DNA of 39,520 bases from Gammaproteobacteria bacterium (GCA_050298595.1 JBNKUM010000015.1:1-39520), one strand, 5' to 3'. Numbered from the stretch's first letter, positions 1 through 10,842 are shown. Program-made: numbers and translations. The notes: generated by a model from the letters alone, not told the origin.

Positions 1-113
1 GCTTTTTTAATTATTCCAGCAAAGTATTCTGGAAATGTAGCTAAGCACCAGGTTCGATAATCTCTCGGACTTATGTAATCATCGAAGCTCCTCTCTTTAT
101 TCCTATGCGCCGA

Positions 114-2210
114 TTAAGGCTGGTCCGGATCGAAGAAGCGAATAATACCCTTGCCTCTTCGCTTGGCCTGGTACATCGCCTGATCGGCATGCCGCAGCAG
201 CAAATCAGGATCCGCATCGTCTTGCGGAAACAGTGCAACGCCAAGACTTGCACTGACCGAAACCGAATGCCCTTCGAGCTGGATCGGCTGCGCAACTTCA
301 TCGAGCAGCCGTGTCAGTACCATCTCGCATTCCTCAAGGCCTTCAAGGTTCATCAGTAGAATCACGAACTCATCGCCGCCGATACGGCCCACGGTATCGC
401 CAGAGCGCACACATTCCTGCATTCTTTTGCCAATCATAACCAGTACAACATCCCCGGCTTCATGTCCATAGCGGTCATTCACCGGCTTGAAGCCATCAAG
501 GTCGCCATAGCACACAGCGAGGAGGCTGCCAGTACGCCGCACCTGGGCTTCTGCCTGCTTCAACCGATCCAGGAACAGCAGGCGGTTGGGCAGACCTGTC
601 AGGGCGTCGTGGTGGGCAATGCGCTGGAGCTGCTGCTCCTGCTTCTTGATCAGCGTAATATCGGAAAACACAGCAACGTAGTGGCTAAGTCTGCCCTGTT
701 CGTCATTTACCACGGAGATCGTCTGCCATTCGGGATACTCCTCGCCATTCTTACGCCGATTCCATATTTCGCCCACCCAATGGCCGGTTTGCTGCAGGTT
801 TCGCCACAGTTCGGCATAAAACCCTGGGGGCTGCCGCTGGGAGCTTAGAAGTTTAGGATTCTTGCCGATCACCTCCTCTCGTGTATAGCCGGTAATTCGG
901 GTAAATGAGTCATTGACGTCGATAATCAGATTATCGGCACTAGTGACGATGATGCCCTCATTGGTATTAGTGAAAACGCTGGCAGCCAGCCGCAGCTTCT
1001 CCTCTGCGCGCTTGCGTGCGGTAATATCGTGCCCAATGGCGAGAGCGCCTACCACTTCGCCGTCGCTATCAAATTCGGGAACTATGCGTATCTGGTTCAC
1101 GTACGTTTCCCCGTCTGGACCGGGAAGCAGCTTTTCGAGCTCCCCCGCTTCACCGCTGGCGAGCACTGCGTCGAGCAATTGCGCATAATCTTCAAATGAT
1201 CCGTCTGGATGGTATTCGCGCGTGGTCTTACCGATCATCGCGGCGGCACTCTCTCCCAGGGTTCGTTCGAGCACCGGGTTGAAGTAAACTGTCACGCCTT
1301 CCCGGTCGTAGCGAATGATACTGTCCGGCAGGCTTTCCGCCAGGCGGCGGAACTCGCGCTCACGAGTGGCAAGCGTCATCTCCGCTTGCCTGCGCTCGGT
1401 GATATCACGAGACAACGCAATGAAGCGTCTGTCGGTGTCGCTGGAGCCAGGTTTTCTTGAAACGGAAAGTTCAAACCAGCGCTCCCCCTGAGGAAGCTCT
1501 ATATGCATAACCTTACCGAAGGAAGAGCCCTTACGATCAGCTTCCTCAATGGCGGACATGGCAGTTTCCGCAGCATCGGGAGGGAGTCCATCGTGGATGG
1601 TACTGCCCAACAGTGTTTCCTTTTGCAGGACCAGAAGTGCCGGGTCCTGTGCCCAGACGTTGAGGTACGTTCCGTTCAGGTCAAATTCGAACAACAAATC
1701 TGGAATCGCGTTTATAATCCCTTCGATAGATTCCAGCGCCTGCTTCAGCTCCTGTTCTGCATCACGGATGGCGGTGATTTCACGGTTCAGGACCAGCACG
1801 GTACTGACCTGCCCTTCGGCATCGCATTCGGGTATCAGCAGCATGTTGTAGCTGCGTGTATGCCCCTGTTGATCTGCGAAGACAACTTCGATCTCCTGCT
1901 TTTCGCCGGTCTCGAATACGCGGCGGATGCCATCAAGCAATTTACGGTTTTCTCCCGAATCGAGGAGTGGATTATCGGAGGGCGATTTACCGACGATATC
2001 TTCCACCGACACGCCGAAAAGCCTGGTGACGGCCGGACTGACATAGAGACGACGGCCCTGTCGGTCATAGCGAAAGATCAAATCCGGGCTATTCTCGGCC
2101 AGGGCCAGGAATCCCTGTCTGTCCTGTCTCAGAGCCCGGTTCCTGCGCTGCTGGATTATCGACAGGATGACCAGTACCAGGCAGGTGATACTGAGTAGAA
2201 CTATTAACAT
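114..2210 (-). CDS. Membrane-anchored multi-PAS/PAC diguanylate cyclase (GGDEF)
   Basis: N-terminal hydrophobic helix, four PAS-like repeats ending in DITxR-type motifs, HDALTGLPNR, DLDGFKPVND, intact GGDEF with RxxD I-site (RSGD). The ATG at 2210 has a GGAGGA RBS; the ORF track starts at 2240. Confidence 0.93.
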   Translation of the reverse strand: MLIVLLSITCLVLVILSIIQQRRNRALRQDRQGFLALAENSPDLIFRYDRQGRRLYVSPAVTRLFGVSVEDIVGKSPSDNPLLDSGENRKLLDGIRRVFETGEKQEIEVVFADQQGHTRSYNMLLIPECDAEGQVSTVLVLNREITAIRDAEQELKQALESIEGIINAIPDLLFEFDLNGTYLNVWAQDPALLVLQKETLLGSTIHDGLPPDAAETAMSAIEEADRKGSSFGKVMHIELPQGERWFELSVSRKPGSSDTDRRFIALSRDITERRQAEMTLATREREFRRLAESLPDSIIRYDREGVTVYFNPVLERTLGESAAAMIGKTTREYHPDGSFEDYAQLLDAVLASGEAGELEKLLPGPDGETYVNQIRIVPEFDSDGEVVGALAIGHDITARKRAEEKLRLAASVFTNTNEGIIVTSADNLIIDVNDSFTRITGYTREEVIGKNPKLLSSQRQPPGFYAELWRNLQQTGHWVGEIWNRRKNGEEYPEWQTISVVNDEQGRLSHYVAVFSDITLIKKQEQQLQRIAHHDALTGLPNRLLFLDRLKQAEAQVRRTGSLLAVCYGDLDGFKPVNDRYGHEAGDVVLVMIGKRMQECVRSGDTVGRIGGDEFVILLMNLEGLEECEMVLTRLLDEVAQPIQLEGHSVSVSASLGVALFPQDDADPDLLLRHADQAMYQAKRRGKGIIRFFDPDQP

Positions 2211-2260
2211 ATATCCTCCAGTACGCCTGTCAGGGTTCACTTAAAAAATGCAGCAACCCT

Positions 2261-2278
2261 TATTGTTTCGAAACAATA
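2261..2278. promoter_or_regulatory. Perfect 18-bp palindrome, candidate operator upstream of the diguanylate cyclase
   Basis: TATTGTTTCGAAACAATA is its own reverse complement and lies about 50 bp upstream of the start codon. Confidence 0.4.
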
Positions 2279-3116
2279 GAGAATTGAAAAACAGGCTCCA
2301 ACAAGTCTTTATATAGTAGAGTTTGCTGGTCTTGCCCATGCCCCCTTCGGATTGTCACTCAAATAAACTTGTTAAAAAGTTAAAGCCAGACACTTTCTAA
2401 TCCTGTTTCTACAGCACTCGAGCTCCTGTTTCTCCCTGTATTAGCACGTTCAATACCTTGCCCCCTTTTCAGGCTCAAGGGCATTCGACTCTGCCCCTTT
2501 GATTCGCCGAAGCGGCACCGCAGTGCCGCGAGTCCTTTGAAGCCCTTTTTATAACAGCAGTAACTCATGTTGTCCCAGATCCTTTAAGATGAGTTTATTG
2601 ATTTTTAATGTAACTATAAATACCGGCGTAGAAAAATGAAAGCAAGGTTTTTATTGTTAATTATCCTACATTTGACGTATGGCGATTCTCAAATGCTTTT
2701 TTAATTCGAAGCCAGGACATTTTAAAATGATTATTTTTAATTATGAAACCCAATGCCTTTTAACGCTTATTTTAATACCGTTTTTTTAACACATGGTTTC
2801 TAGTTTTTAAACCAACTACATGAATCTTTCTTTTAAGTTATAAAAGTTTTATAGCAGGTATCCGAAATAGTTGTACTAATCCGGATTCCGATTTATTCAT
2901 AATTGAAAATAATTCAAAATCATATTAATCAACGGGCAAATAAATTGTCAACGCCACCGTCAAATAATATAAAACACCTCCTGAACAATTACTTAGCCAC
3001 ATAATTTCTTAGCATTTCACTTCCAGTTTCTATCCTGAAAAGTATTCGTCTGAAATGTACATTCAGAAATAGTACGGAAACTATCGTCAATTAAAACTTG
3101 AGGAACATAGAAAACT

Positions 3117-4262
3117 TCAAACCATCTCCTGATCAACAAACCTCCCAGTAGATCTAATCGCAGGAAGAAGCACTTCATCTGAGTAATCACACCCTATGAT
3201 ACCAGGATCAACCTGTTCCGTTTTATCTGCCATGTCTGGAGAATGACCTCCACCTTTGTTCAGTACCTGTAGTAGCGGATCATACCCCGCAGGCCAGGCC
3301 TGAGCATGAATAAATCGCTGACGCAACGCTTTTAAGATAGCCATACCCGAGTAGTCAAGATCTCCCCAGAACCAGACCGGCCACAAGGAGTCTGTTTCTT
3401 CAAACCAGTATGATTCAAATTGGTCTTTCATCGCTGCATGATAGCTACCCTGATAATGCAAACTAACGCCCTCACGCATTCTGATTCTCTCTGCACTACC
3501 ACGAAAACCTGCTACAAAAATCAGGGCCAGATCAGCCAGGGCTGCAGGACTACCCTTCAACGCCTGAATGTAGTTATCCTGATTTTCGATCAATAAAATC
3601 CCATTACATTTTTCAGGCAGGTGGACATGTACCAAAATCGGTCTGGGTGTTATTTGTATATCGGAATACAGTTGAAGTAACAACTCTTCTCTTGAATCAA
3701 GAACCTTGGAATTGCCCCAAAAACATCTGGCACTTAGTTGACGTAGCGTGAATCCGCAATCCAGATAATCAGCAATACTGGCATAGGCTCTCACTACTGA
3801 TGCTGCTGACTGTCCTGCAACTTTCTGAGGTCGAGTTCTAAGCGACAGACCATTATCAGTGAATACACTCGCATGTACTTCAAGCGCTTGCTCCCACTCC
3901 TGTTGATAGTGACTCCTGATGGGTCGAGATAGCCATTCACGACAGGTGTCTTCAGCACTGGCAATCATAACCAGGGATGCGCCTGCGAACTCTGCATCGT
4001 AGGGTGATCGCTTGCGCGTCAGCCGGATATCATACAACACTCCATCCAGCGATTTGATTAAGTCCCAGGTTCTATCTGCTGCCTCATCCTGCCTGAACAG
4101 CTTTGGTACATTTTTCTGTACCAATTTAAAGCTCGGCATTTTTTCTCTTTCACTGGCAGGCTGCTTATCCAGTCTATTGAGAAAATAGCTGATCGCTGCA
4201 ATAAGCTCTAACTCATCATCCAGCCAGGGTGGTCGAGGCAGAAGATTATCGTCCTGATTCAT
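3117..4262 (-). CDS. jetD: Wadjet nuclease JetD (DUF3322/DUF2220, Toprim fold)
   Basis: LRQLSARCFWGNSKVL, Toprim Glu in LIENQD, DxD in WGDLDYSG, C-terminal DQE. It is the last gene after the SMC-like ATPase, with an ATGA overlap. Confidence 0.88.
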   Translation of the reverse strand: MNQDDNLLPRPPWLDDELELIAAISYFLNRLDKQPASEREKMPSFKLVQKNVPKLFRQDEAADRTWDLIKSLDGVLYDIRLTRKRSPYDAEFAGASLVMIASAEDTCREWLSRPIRSHYQQEWEQALEVHASVFTDNGLSLRTRPQKVAGQSAASVVRAYASIADYLDCGFTLRQLSARCFWGNSKVLDSREELLLQLYSDIQITPRPILVHVHLPEKCNGILLIENQDNYIQALKGSPAALADLALIFVAGFRGSAERIRMREGVSLHYQGSYHAAMKDQFESYWFEETDSLWPVWFWGDLDYSGMAILKALRQRFIHAQAWPAGYDPLLQVLNKGGGHSPDMADKTEQVDPGIIGCDYSDEVLLPAIRSTGRFVDQEMV

Positions 4263-7200
4263 CCCGCCGCAAACTCTTCCATAAAATCTAGCTCGGCCTG
4301 CTGATAGACTGAGCGTCTATGTGTACTCCATAGCTCCTTGATGCGTTCCTTGTTGCATTGTTTTCTATCCACAAGAACTCGTGTCGATAGTTGCCCCCTC
4401 GGGGCTTCACTGGGCACCTTGGCAAACACGAACTCATTACTGATCAGATCCATAAAGGGGCCGCATTTGCTGGTGGGCATAATGAATACCAGTTGCAGAC
4501 CCAGCGATTCGGTCAGGTACTGGATAACTTCACGAGATCGTGTCTCATCCATTTTTGAAAATGCTTCATCTACCAGCACCATACGCAAGTGAGTTTTACC
4601 TTCGGAGAACCTGAAAGCCGAAGTGATCGCAGCCGAACGTATGATGTAGGCAGGCGTCTCCAACTGACCACCCGAACCGGTACCGTATTCACTCAGAGGA
4701 ATCGGCTCTTTACCTTCCACTTCTTTGTAGATTTCATAGCGGCGATAATTACGATAATCAGCAATACGCTCAAGATCACGCATAGCTCTATGCTCGTCTT
4801 CATCCAGCAGCATACGCATCAATTCATCGCGCACCTTACGTGATTTTTCACTCAACTCTGCGTCAAACAGCATCACTTCATCACCCAGCCCCGGCGTTTT
4901 AATCACTTCTTCGAAGAAGCGCGAATAGTCACGATATTCAGGCACCCAGTCGCTGGCAAAGCGGAAGGTTTCTCTGTCTGCGCCGAAGCGATGATGCTGC
5001 AATTCCTTATTCAGCAATTCAATCTGTCGCTTACTTTCACTCAATGCCTGATAGATAGCGTGGCATAGATGAGAGACAAAGGCATTGTTAAAAGACTCTT
5101 TCAGTTCGGATAAAGCTCTGTGCTTTTCTACCAGTACATTATTCTTCAGAATATTCTGCACACGATCCATCTCACGGCGTACATCACAGATTGCCTTGAA
5201 CAGCTGCGAACCATATTCACCACTAAAGGGGGCATAGATAATCGAATCGGAAGGGCGGCACTTCTGGTTGTGATTCATGATCGCTTCAGCGGTTTTTCTC
5301 TCTGCTGCGTGTAGTGCATTTTCCAGCTCTGTGCGTTGATCACGGGCAAACTCCACATTCAAATCACTGGCTTCTTCATCGGCTATATTCAGCTGGGCAT
5401 CCGCATCAAAGTCAGTCCAGATGGTGGTGATTGCTGCCAGCGCCGCTTCATGCTCTTCCACCTTTTCACGGTTCTGTTCCTGCAGCTCACTCAGTGCCTT
5501 TATCTGCTTATCGATTGTACCCAGCTCTGTTTCCAGTTTTCCTTTATCCTTATTGAGCTGATCTTTCTCCCTGCTATAGCCATCGCTCTTTTGCTGCAGC
5601 TCTGCCAGGCGATTCTCCAGATCTTCATGCTCGGTGAGATCAAGCTGGCTCAGTAGTTGTTCGTTTTTCTGCAGTGCACGGTAGAGTGTGAGGATATCCC
5701 TGAGTACATCACCGTAGCTCGAGCGTTTCAGGTTATCCACATTGCGCTGAAGTGCCACACAGTGCTGTAACTGGTCGTTCGCTGTATTCCAGTCGAGCTC
5801 GATAGATTCAAGCTCCTGTATCTTTGCTGCCAGCGCTCTTTCCCTTGCTGCCGAACCAAATACAAGTTCTCCATCGGGCAGGTCGCAGCGCCACATACTG
5901 TAGCCGCCTGAGCCCATGCCATCTTCGGTCACACCACGCCCAGTCTTGCGCAGCTCTTCTGCGGATTTTACCCGCATCACAGAGGCATAACTTGCGGTTA
6001 AATAAGCACGAGCTGTCTCGTGACTAAATTCAAGAACATGGATGATGGAGTCTTCATGGATGTTCATCCGCAGCGAATCCCGCGTTGCCTTTTGCCCCTG
6101 AATGACTTTGGCCCGATTATCTCGCCCCGCCATGTTACGAACGATACGAATAGACTCGGCCTCGTAGTCTTCGGCTACGATAATGGAAAAACGCGCGCCG
6201 CCTAAATAGCCTTCAATGGCAGCCTGCCAGCGCGGATCTTTTACTTCAACATGGTCACACAGCACCCGTGGGTCTGCCTGCGGACATTGTTGGCGTATAG
6301 CCTTTATAGCCCGTTCCACATAGGGCGGATAGGTCACCTGGTTGGAACTCAAGCGGGTAATCTCGCGCTTTTTTTCTTCCCTTTGTGTATTTAACGTGCT
6401 GTAACGCGTTTTGCGAGCATGGATAAGATCGGCCAGTTGATCACGATAACTGGATGCTTCGCGCGTCTCATGCCACAGCTCATACCAGTGGTTATGCGCT
6501 TGCTGAACCTGACGAAACACATCTAACTGCCCATCGATCACTGAAGCACTATCTGCAAGATCGCGCTGCACCAGATTGTGGATTTCCTGCAATACATTTT
6601 GCGAGGAATCGATTACTGCCTTTGCGATGGCCTGCCCTTCCAGACCTGAGATAGCAGGTAGAGCTAGCGCAATATCGCTTTCTGTTACAGCGCGTGTTAT
6701 GTCGCGCGTAGACTGGATATTCCCTGCAACAATCTGATCCTGCTCGAGTACGGTTCTCACACTGGCAATCAGATTTTTATTCAGCTCCTGCGCTTTATCT
6801 TCCAGCTCATCTTTCTGGCGCAGCGCATCTATGCCCTGTCTTTGCGCCTCCAGGCTAATCAGTTGCTGTTGCACAGCCTTTAACTGATCCTCTGCCATCA
6901 TTATGCCTTCGTCTACTTCAGTCAGTTTTATACGTTTCTCTTTCTGTAAATCCTTACCTCGGAGGTAGTCACTCTGGCGCAATTTGTATTCAGCCTGAGC
7001 CAGCGTATAGTCGAGTAGATTGAGTTCTATCCAGTTGTCGATATAGGACTGGGCATGCATTCTGGCCTGATCAATAATATTAATCGAGTCTACTAACTGC
7101 GCTGCATCCTGCTCCATGCCATGAATGGTTTTCAACTGCGAGGATACCGAGCGTATGGCTTCACCCAGATCTTTTTGTTCCAGTATTTCATCGGCGACAA

Positions 7201-7894
7201 AACGGTTTATACTTTTCACCGGCTTATAAGACATAAAGCGCGAGAATGAGCGAGCAGCTGCCACCGCTTCGGCTTCAGAGACTGCATCGGATTTTGCACG
7301 TAAAGCGCCATACAGCCGCCGCAGATAAGTCTTCTTGGCATCGTATCTTTCAACCTGTCGTTTGCCAAACTCCTGGATGAGCAGGGTCTGCAACTGGGTC
7401 AGGGCGACTATATATTTCTCACCCGCCCCTTCGCGCACAAAATGCCGCTGTTCAAGCTCAGCACCGGTCACAATAAAAAATTGTGCTTCTTCCTGTCTGG
7501 CGACGGTATTACTGCCTGCCAGATCAAGCCAGGCGCGTACCGCGATGATGGCAGTGAAAGGATCGCCAGATTCTCCCTGACTGGGGTGAAATACGGCCGC
7601 CAGATAACCATCGGTAGGATCAAGCCGTGCAAAACTGCCATCATCACAACCCAGCACATAGGATGAAATGGTGCGCACACGTTTACCACCGCGCCCACGT
7701 TGCGTGGTCTCATCCTGACCGGGGTTGTATTGAAACAGGTTTTCATGCGCAGCCGTCATCACGGTCTGTATCGCATCCGCTGCCGTGGTCTTGCCTGAGC
7801 CGTTACCACCGGAGAATAAATTAATGGGGCCAAACTCAAATTCTACCGCTGGAATATTGCCCCAGTTTATAAATACAAAGCGCTTAAGAAACAT
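4259..7894 (-). CDS. jetC: Wadjet SMC-like ATPase JetC (MukB/SbcC-like)
   Basis: N-terminal FINWG, Walker A GGNGSGKT, long coiled coils around a hinge, signature GSGGQ, Walker B VLVDEAF. Probable start is MFLKRF at 7894. Confidence 0.92.
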   Translation of the reverse strand: MFLKRFVFINWGNIPAVEFEFGPINLFSGGNGSGKTTAADAIQTVMTAAHENLFQYNPGQDETTQRGRGGKRVRTISSYVLGCDDGSFARLDPTDGYLAAVFHPSQGESGDPFTAIIAVRAWLDLAGSNTVARQEEAQFFIVTGAELEQRHFVREGAGEKYIVALTQLQTLLIQEFGKRQVERYDAKKTYLRRLYGALRAKSDAVSEAEAVAAARSFSRFMSYKPVKSINRFVADEILEQKDLGEAIRSVSSQLKTIHGMEQDAAQLVDSINIIDQARMHAQSYIDNWIELNLLDYTLAQAEYKLRQSDYLRGKDLQKEKRIKLTEVDEGIMMAEDQLKAVQQQLISLEAQRQGIDALRQKDELEDKAQELNKNLIASVRTVLEQDQIVAGNIQSTRDITRAVTESDIALALPAISGLEGQAIAKAVIDSSQNVLQEIHNLVQRDLADSASVIDGQLDVFRQVQQAHNHWYELWHETREASSYRDQLADLIHARKTRYSTLNTQREEKKREITRLSSNQVTYPPYVERAIKAIRQQCPQADPRVLCDHVEVKDPRWQAAIEGYLGGARFSIIVAEDYEAESIRIVRNMAGRDNRAKVIQGQKATRDSLRMNIHEDSIIHVLEFSHETARAYLTASYASVMRVKSAEELRKTGRGVTEDGMGSGGYSMWRCDLPDGELVFGSAARERALAAKIQELESIELDWNTANDQLQHCVALQRNVDNLKRSSYGDVLRDILTLYRALQKNEQLLSQLDLTEHEDLENRLAELQQKSDGYSREKDQLNKDKGKLETELGTIDKQIKALSELQEQNREKVEEHEAALAAITTIWTDFDADAQLNIADEEASDLNVEFARDQRTELENALHAAERKTAEAIMNHNQKCRPSDSIIYAPFSGEYGSQLFKAICDVRREMDRVQNILKNNVLVEKHRALSELKESFNNAFVSHLCHAIYQALSESKRQIELLNKELQHHRFGADRETFRFASDWVPEYRDYSRFFEEVIKTPGLGDEVMLFDAELSEKSRKVRDELMRMLLDEDEHRAMRDLERIADYRNYRRYEIYKEVEGKEPIPLSEYGTGSGGQLETPAYIIRSAAITSAFRFSEGKTHLRMVLVDEAFSKMDETRSREVIQYLTESLGLQLVFIMPTSKCGPFMDLISNEFVFAKVPSEAPRGQLSTRVLVDRKQCNKERIKELWSTHRRSVYQQAELDFMEEFAAG

Positions 7895-8549
7895 CGTCTT
7901 CCTCCTGTGGCGCATCTTTGGGCAGGGTCTCATCCAGTGCCGCTATGGCATCCTCGGAAACAAAAGCTACTATCATGGGATGAATCTTTAGCCCGGCTTC
8001 GCTGGTAACCAGATCATCCTCATGACGGTATTTGATCAGACGCAGTTTTCTCAGGCGCTCGAACACTCGTTTGCGATCAGTCAGCTTCTCCGGCAGCGAG
8101 CGCCCCAGGAAATTGCGCATGGCGATACCGATAGATTCAATAGACTCGGTGACAAAGCCGGCATCGTCTACCTGGCCCTCACGCAGGGCCTTGTCGTACT
8201 GTTGACGCAGCACCAGCAATAGCGCCACTTCATCCTGCTTAAGGCGAGTTCTCAGTCCGCTGGAAAATGCATGATCAGGTGCATCGTCCATACCCGGCAC
8301 CTGAGCACCCGGGGGATACAACCGCAGATAGGCAAAGCGCCGGTCATGAAACACCTGTATCCCAACCACCGCTAGATACTCATCAACCAGATCAGCGACA
8401 CGCAAATAGCGGTCGTACAACTGTTGCTCTATCTGGCTTTCATCCCGGCACAGTACGCCAAAGTTGAGTAGCCTGAGGCATAGTTCCTGGTATTCTTCCC
8501 AGCTAATGCCGGATTTTTCCAGGTGTTGTATAAGGGTGTCAGTCAGCAT
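7884..8549 (-). CDS. jetB: Wadjet KITE subunit JetB (DUF4194-like)
   Basis: 221 aa, overlapping both jetA and jetC; the LLLVLRQQYDKAL motif fits DUF4194 proteins. Confidence 0.82.
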   Translation of the reverse strand: MLTDTLIQHLEKSGISWEEYQELCLRLLNFGVLCRDESQIEQQLYDRYLRVADLVDEYLAVVGIQVFHDRRFAYLRLYPPGAQVPGMDDAPDHAFSSGLRTRLKQDEVALLLVLRQQYDKALREGQVDDAGFVTESIESIGIAMRNFLGRSLPEKLTDRKRVFERLRKLRLIKYRHEDDLVTSEAGLKIHPMIVAFVSEDAIAALDETLPKDAPQEEDDVS

Positions 8550-9981
8550 CGCTCGGCCGTGTCATCAGTTCTATAGTAAATTCGTCGGTGGCGTCAAAAT
8601 AATCGGTCTTGACGCGTTGATAGGTCGGGGTCACTTTGAATACAAATTCGCCGTTACTCACCGTCCCAACTTCTATGATATGGGCATTCATTAATAATTC
8701 TCTGGCATCCCGTATAGGTAAATTCTGGCTATGTATACGATGCCCTTCACTGAGAGCATTGACCACATAGTCTCGCTGTGTACTGCTGCTAAAGTTAAAC
8801 GCCAGATCAACCGCAGACTGTAAAAACATCTGTTTGCGCGATTCCAGGTCGTGCTCATAATTCGCTTCCACAGCGCCGTTAACCACTCTCGGCTTACGCG
8901 GGGCATACAGTCGGATGGAATCGGTATCGGCCAGTCCAACAGACAGTGTTGCCAGCGCATCACCGGCTTTCTCAAGCGACTCGACCTGTTGTTCTTCGGA
9001 GGCTTTTCTAAAGCGCTCACTGAGTTGCTGGAGCTGGTTATGACCAACGCCACCTGAGTAGCTAAGCTGCCGCATGATGATATCGGCGCGGCGGGTAAAT
9101 CCATTCAGCGCCTGCCGTAGCGCCGGCAGCATCACAGCGGATGCATTGTGCATGCGCGTGTCTATGCCGTCGAGTATGGCGAGCAATACCGATTGCCTTT
9201 GCTGGATTATCAATTCCGGCGCCGCACGACGTAAATCGCGCTCGGCCTGTGCCTTGAAATCCTTGCGCTTGCGCTTGATCCTTTCGATCAGCTCGCTAAT
9301 CTCGTCACGGTACTTTTCCACCGAGTCCGCAGAAAGCCGAATCGCCACATCGGGCATGAATCTTTTTTCCATAAAATCAAAAAACTCATCCGCCGCTCGC
9401 TGCACAATCTGTTGAGACTCTACCTCTTTCACAAGCTCTCGTCGGCGCTCGTCCAGCTCTGAAATCACATCCGAAAAGTCTGACACTATGCGCTCTGAAT
9501 ACTCATAGGCATCCAGTAAATCATACACCTCTCCCTTATCAAGAAAGGATTTCAACGCATTTCGCGTGTTGCGCGTATTGCGGTGGCGAGTGCGATAACG
9601 CCTGCCCGTCGCTTCCACCATGGGCTGGGTAAACAGGCGACCATAGCGGGTAAAGGCATAGGTGGCATGCAATGTCGCCTCATCCATCTGACGCTCAAGC
9701 CAGCCATGTTCCAGCAACAGATTCAGGATCCAGCCCGCCTGCTCACGCTGACTCTTTGAGCTACCGGTATATTCGTCGGCCTCATCTTCTTCGAACACAG
9801 GGCTACGCGCAATCGCCTCTTCCAGTATTTCCACTACTTGATCGCGCGTAAAACTTCGGCTGTAATCGGCCAGAGAACCATACAGTCGCCCGTAAAAAAT
9901 ACTCAGGCAATCAACCACCTGCCCTCTGAACTTACCATTCAAGGGGCGGAAGAAGTGTTCTCGACTTTCAGCAAATAGCAT
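8539..9981 (-). CDS. jetA: Wadjet kleisin JetA
   Basis: 480-aa first gene of the overlapping operon; FFRPL start and LLEHGWLE winged-helix motif. Confidence 0.8.
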   Translation of the reverse strand: MLFAESREHFFRPLNGKFRGQVVDCLSIFYGRLYGSLADYSRSFTRDQVVEILEEAIARSPVFEEDEADEYTGSSKSQREQAGWILNLLLEHGWLERQMDEATLHATYAFTRYGRLFTQPMVEATGRRYRTRHRNTRNTRNALKSFLDKGEVYDLLDAYEYSERIVSDFSDVISELDERRRELVKEVESQQIVQRAADEFFDFMEKRFMPDVAIRLSADSVEKYRDEISELIERIKRKRKDFKAQAERDLRRAAPELIIQQRQSVLLAILDGIDTRMHNASAVMLPALRQALNGFTRRADIIMRQLSYSGGVGHNQLQQLSERFRKASEEQQVESLEKAGDALATLSVGLADTDSIRLYAPRKPRVVNGAVEANYEHDLESRKQMFLQSAVDLAFNFSSSTQRDYVVNALSEGHRIHSQNLPIRDARELLMNAHIIEVGTVSNGEFVFKVTPTYQRVKTDYFDATDEFTIELMTRPSDAD

Positions 9982-10263
9982 TTGTTCTTTACTTCCTGAT
10001 TTGTTTACTTTCTGTATTCATGTTTAGACCGATGTAACTGGAAACAGCGCTTGATACTTTCTCATCAGCTTCTATTCACCAGCTTTTTGTTTGTGCATTA
10101 TATTTATCTGTACGCTGATAATGCAGCAGCTTATGGGAAATCGACGCTTGTTTTTAACATATTTCCATATTATGGTTGTCAATCTTAATTGCTCCAGCAG
10201 TTAGAATTTAGCGCTTAGTACTACACAGATAGACTATCGGTCTAAATACTCAAGGATTCCAAA

Positions 10264-10842
10264 ATGACAAGAATGTTAAGCTCCTCAATATTATTTATGC
10301 TAGTGGCCTGTACAGCAGGTAACCCTGTAACTAGCGACGATAGCGATATCAAATCACCAGCAACTGTGCAACAAATCAGTCTCGATTATCTACACGCCCT
10401 GCCCGAATATGCGCAGTTCAAACAATCTTCACTCGAATTAAAACTGATATCCAGCCAACAGGATCCATACGGAATGACACATCTGCGTTACCGGCAGGAG
10501 TTTAAGTCTGTGCCCTTGCTAGATGCCGAAATAATCACCCATATCAGGGACCAGTCGATTTATCGCATGGATGGGCAACTCGCTACTCTCGATCTGACAT
10601 CGGTGCAGCCATCGATTGGCGCTGAACAGGCAGTAGCACTCGTTGTGAAAAGCAAAAATCTCAGGCCACCTTTTTCTACCAGAGAATCTCTGGTCGTTGC
10701 CTCGACCACAAAATCCTATGACCGACTGGCCTGGCTAATCATCCTTAACAAGGCATTAAAGCGTTACATATTTCTAATCGATGCACACACAGCAACTATC
10801 ATACGTGAAATTCCCGGCATCTATACATCAACAATTGATTGA
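10264..10842 (+). CDS. Lipoprotein made only of FTP + PepSY (M4 propeptide-like) domains
   Basis: Lipobox LVAC; QDPYGMTHLRYRQEFKSVPL (FTP-like); RLAWLI...IFLIDAHTATII (PepSY-like); no HExxH. Confidence 0.72.
   Translation: MTRMLSSSILFMLVACTAGNPVTSDDSDIKSPATVQQISLDYLHALPEYAQFKQSSLELKLISSQQDPYGMTHLRYRQEFKSVPLLDAEIITHIRDQSIYRMDGQLATLDLTSVQPSIGAEQAVALVVKSKNLRPPFSTRESLVVASTTKSYDRLAWLIILNKALKRYIFLIDAHTATIIREIPGIYTSTID

Noticed and set aside
105-2198. Long antisense ORFs over the diguanylate cyclase
   Set aside because: Typical shadow ORFs of a GC-rich gene with no independent motifs.
2300-2560. c-di-GMP riboswitch upstream of the cyclase
   Set aside because: I could not find the GEMM-type GGCAAAC...GAAA...GACGCAAA core on either strand.
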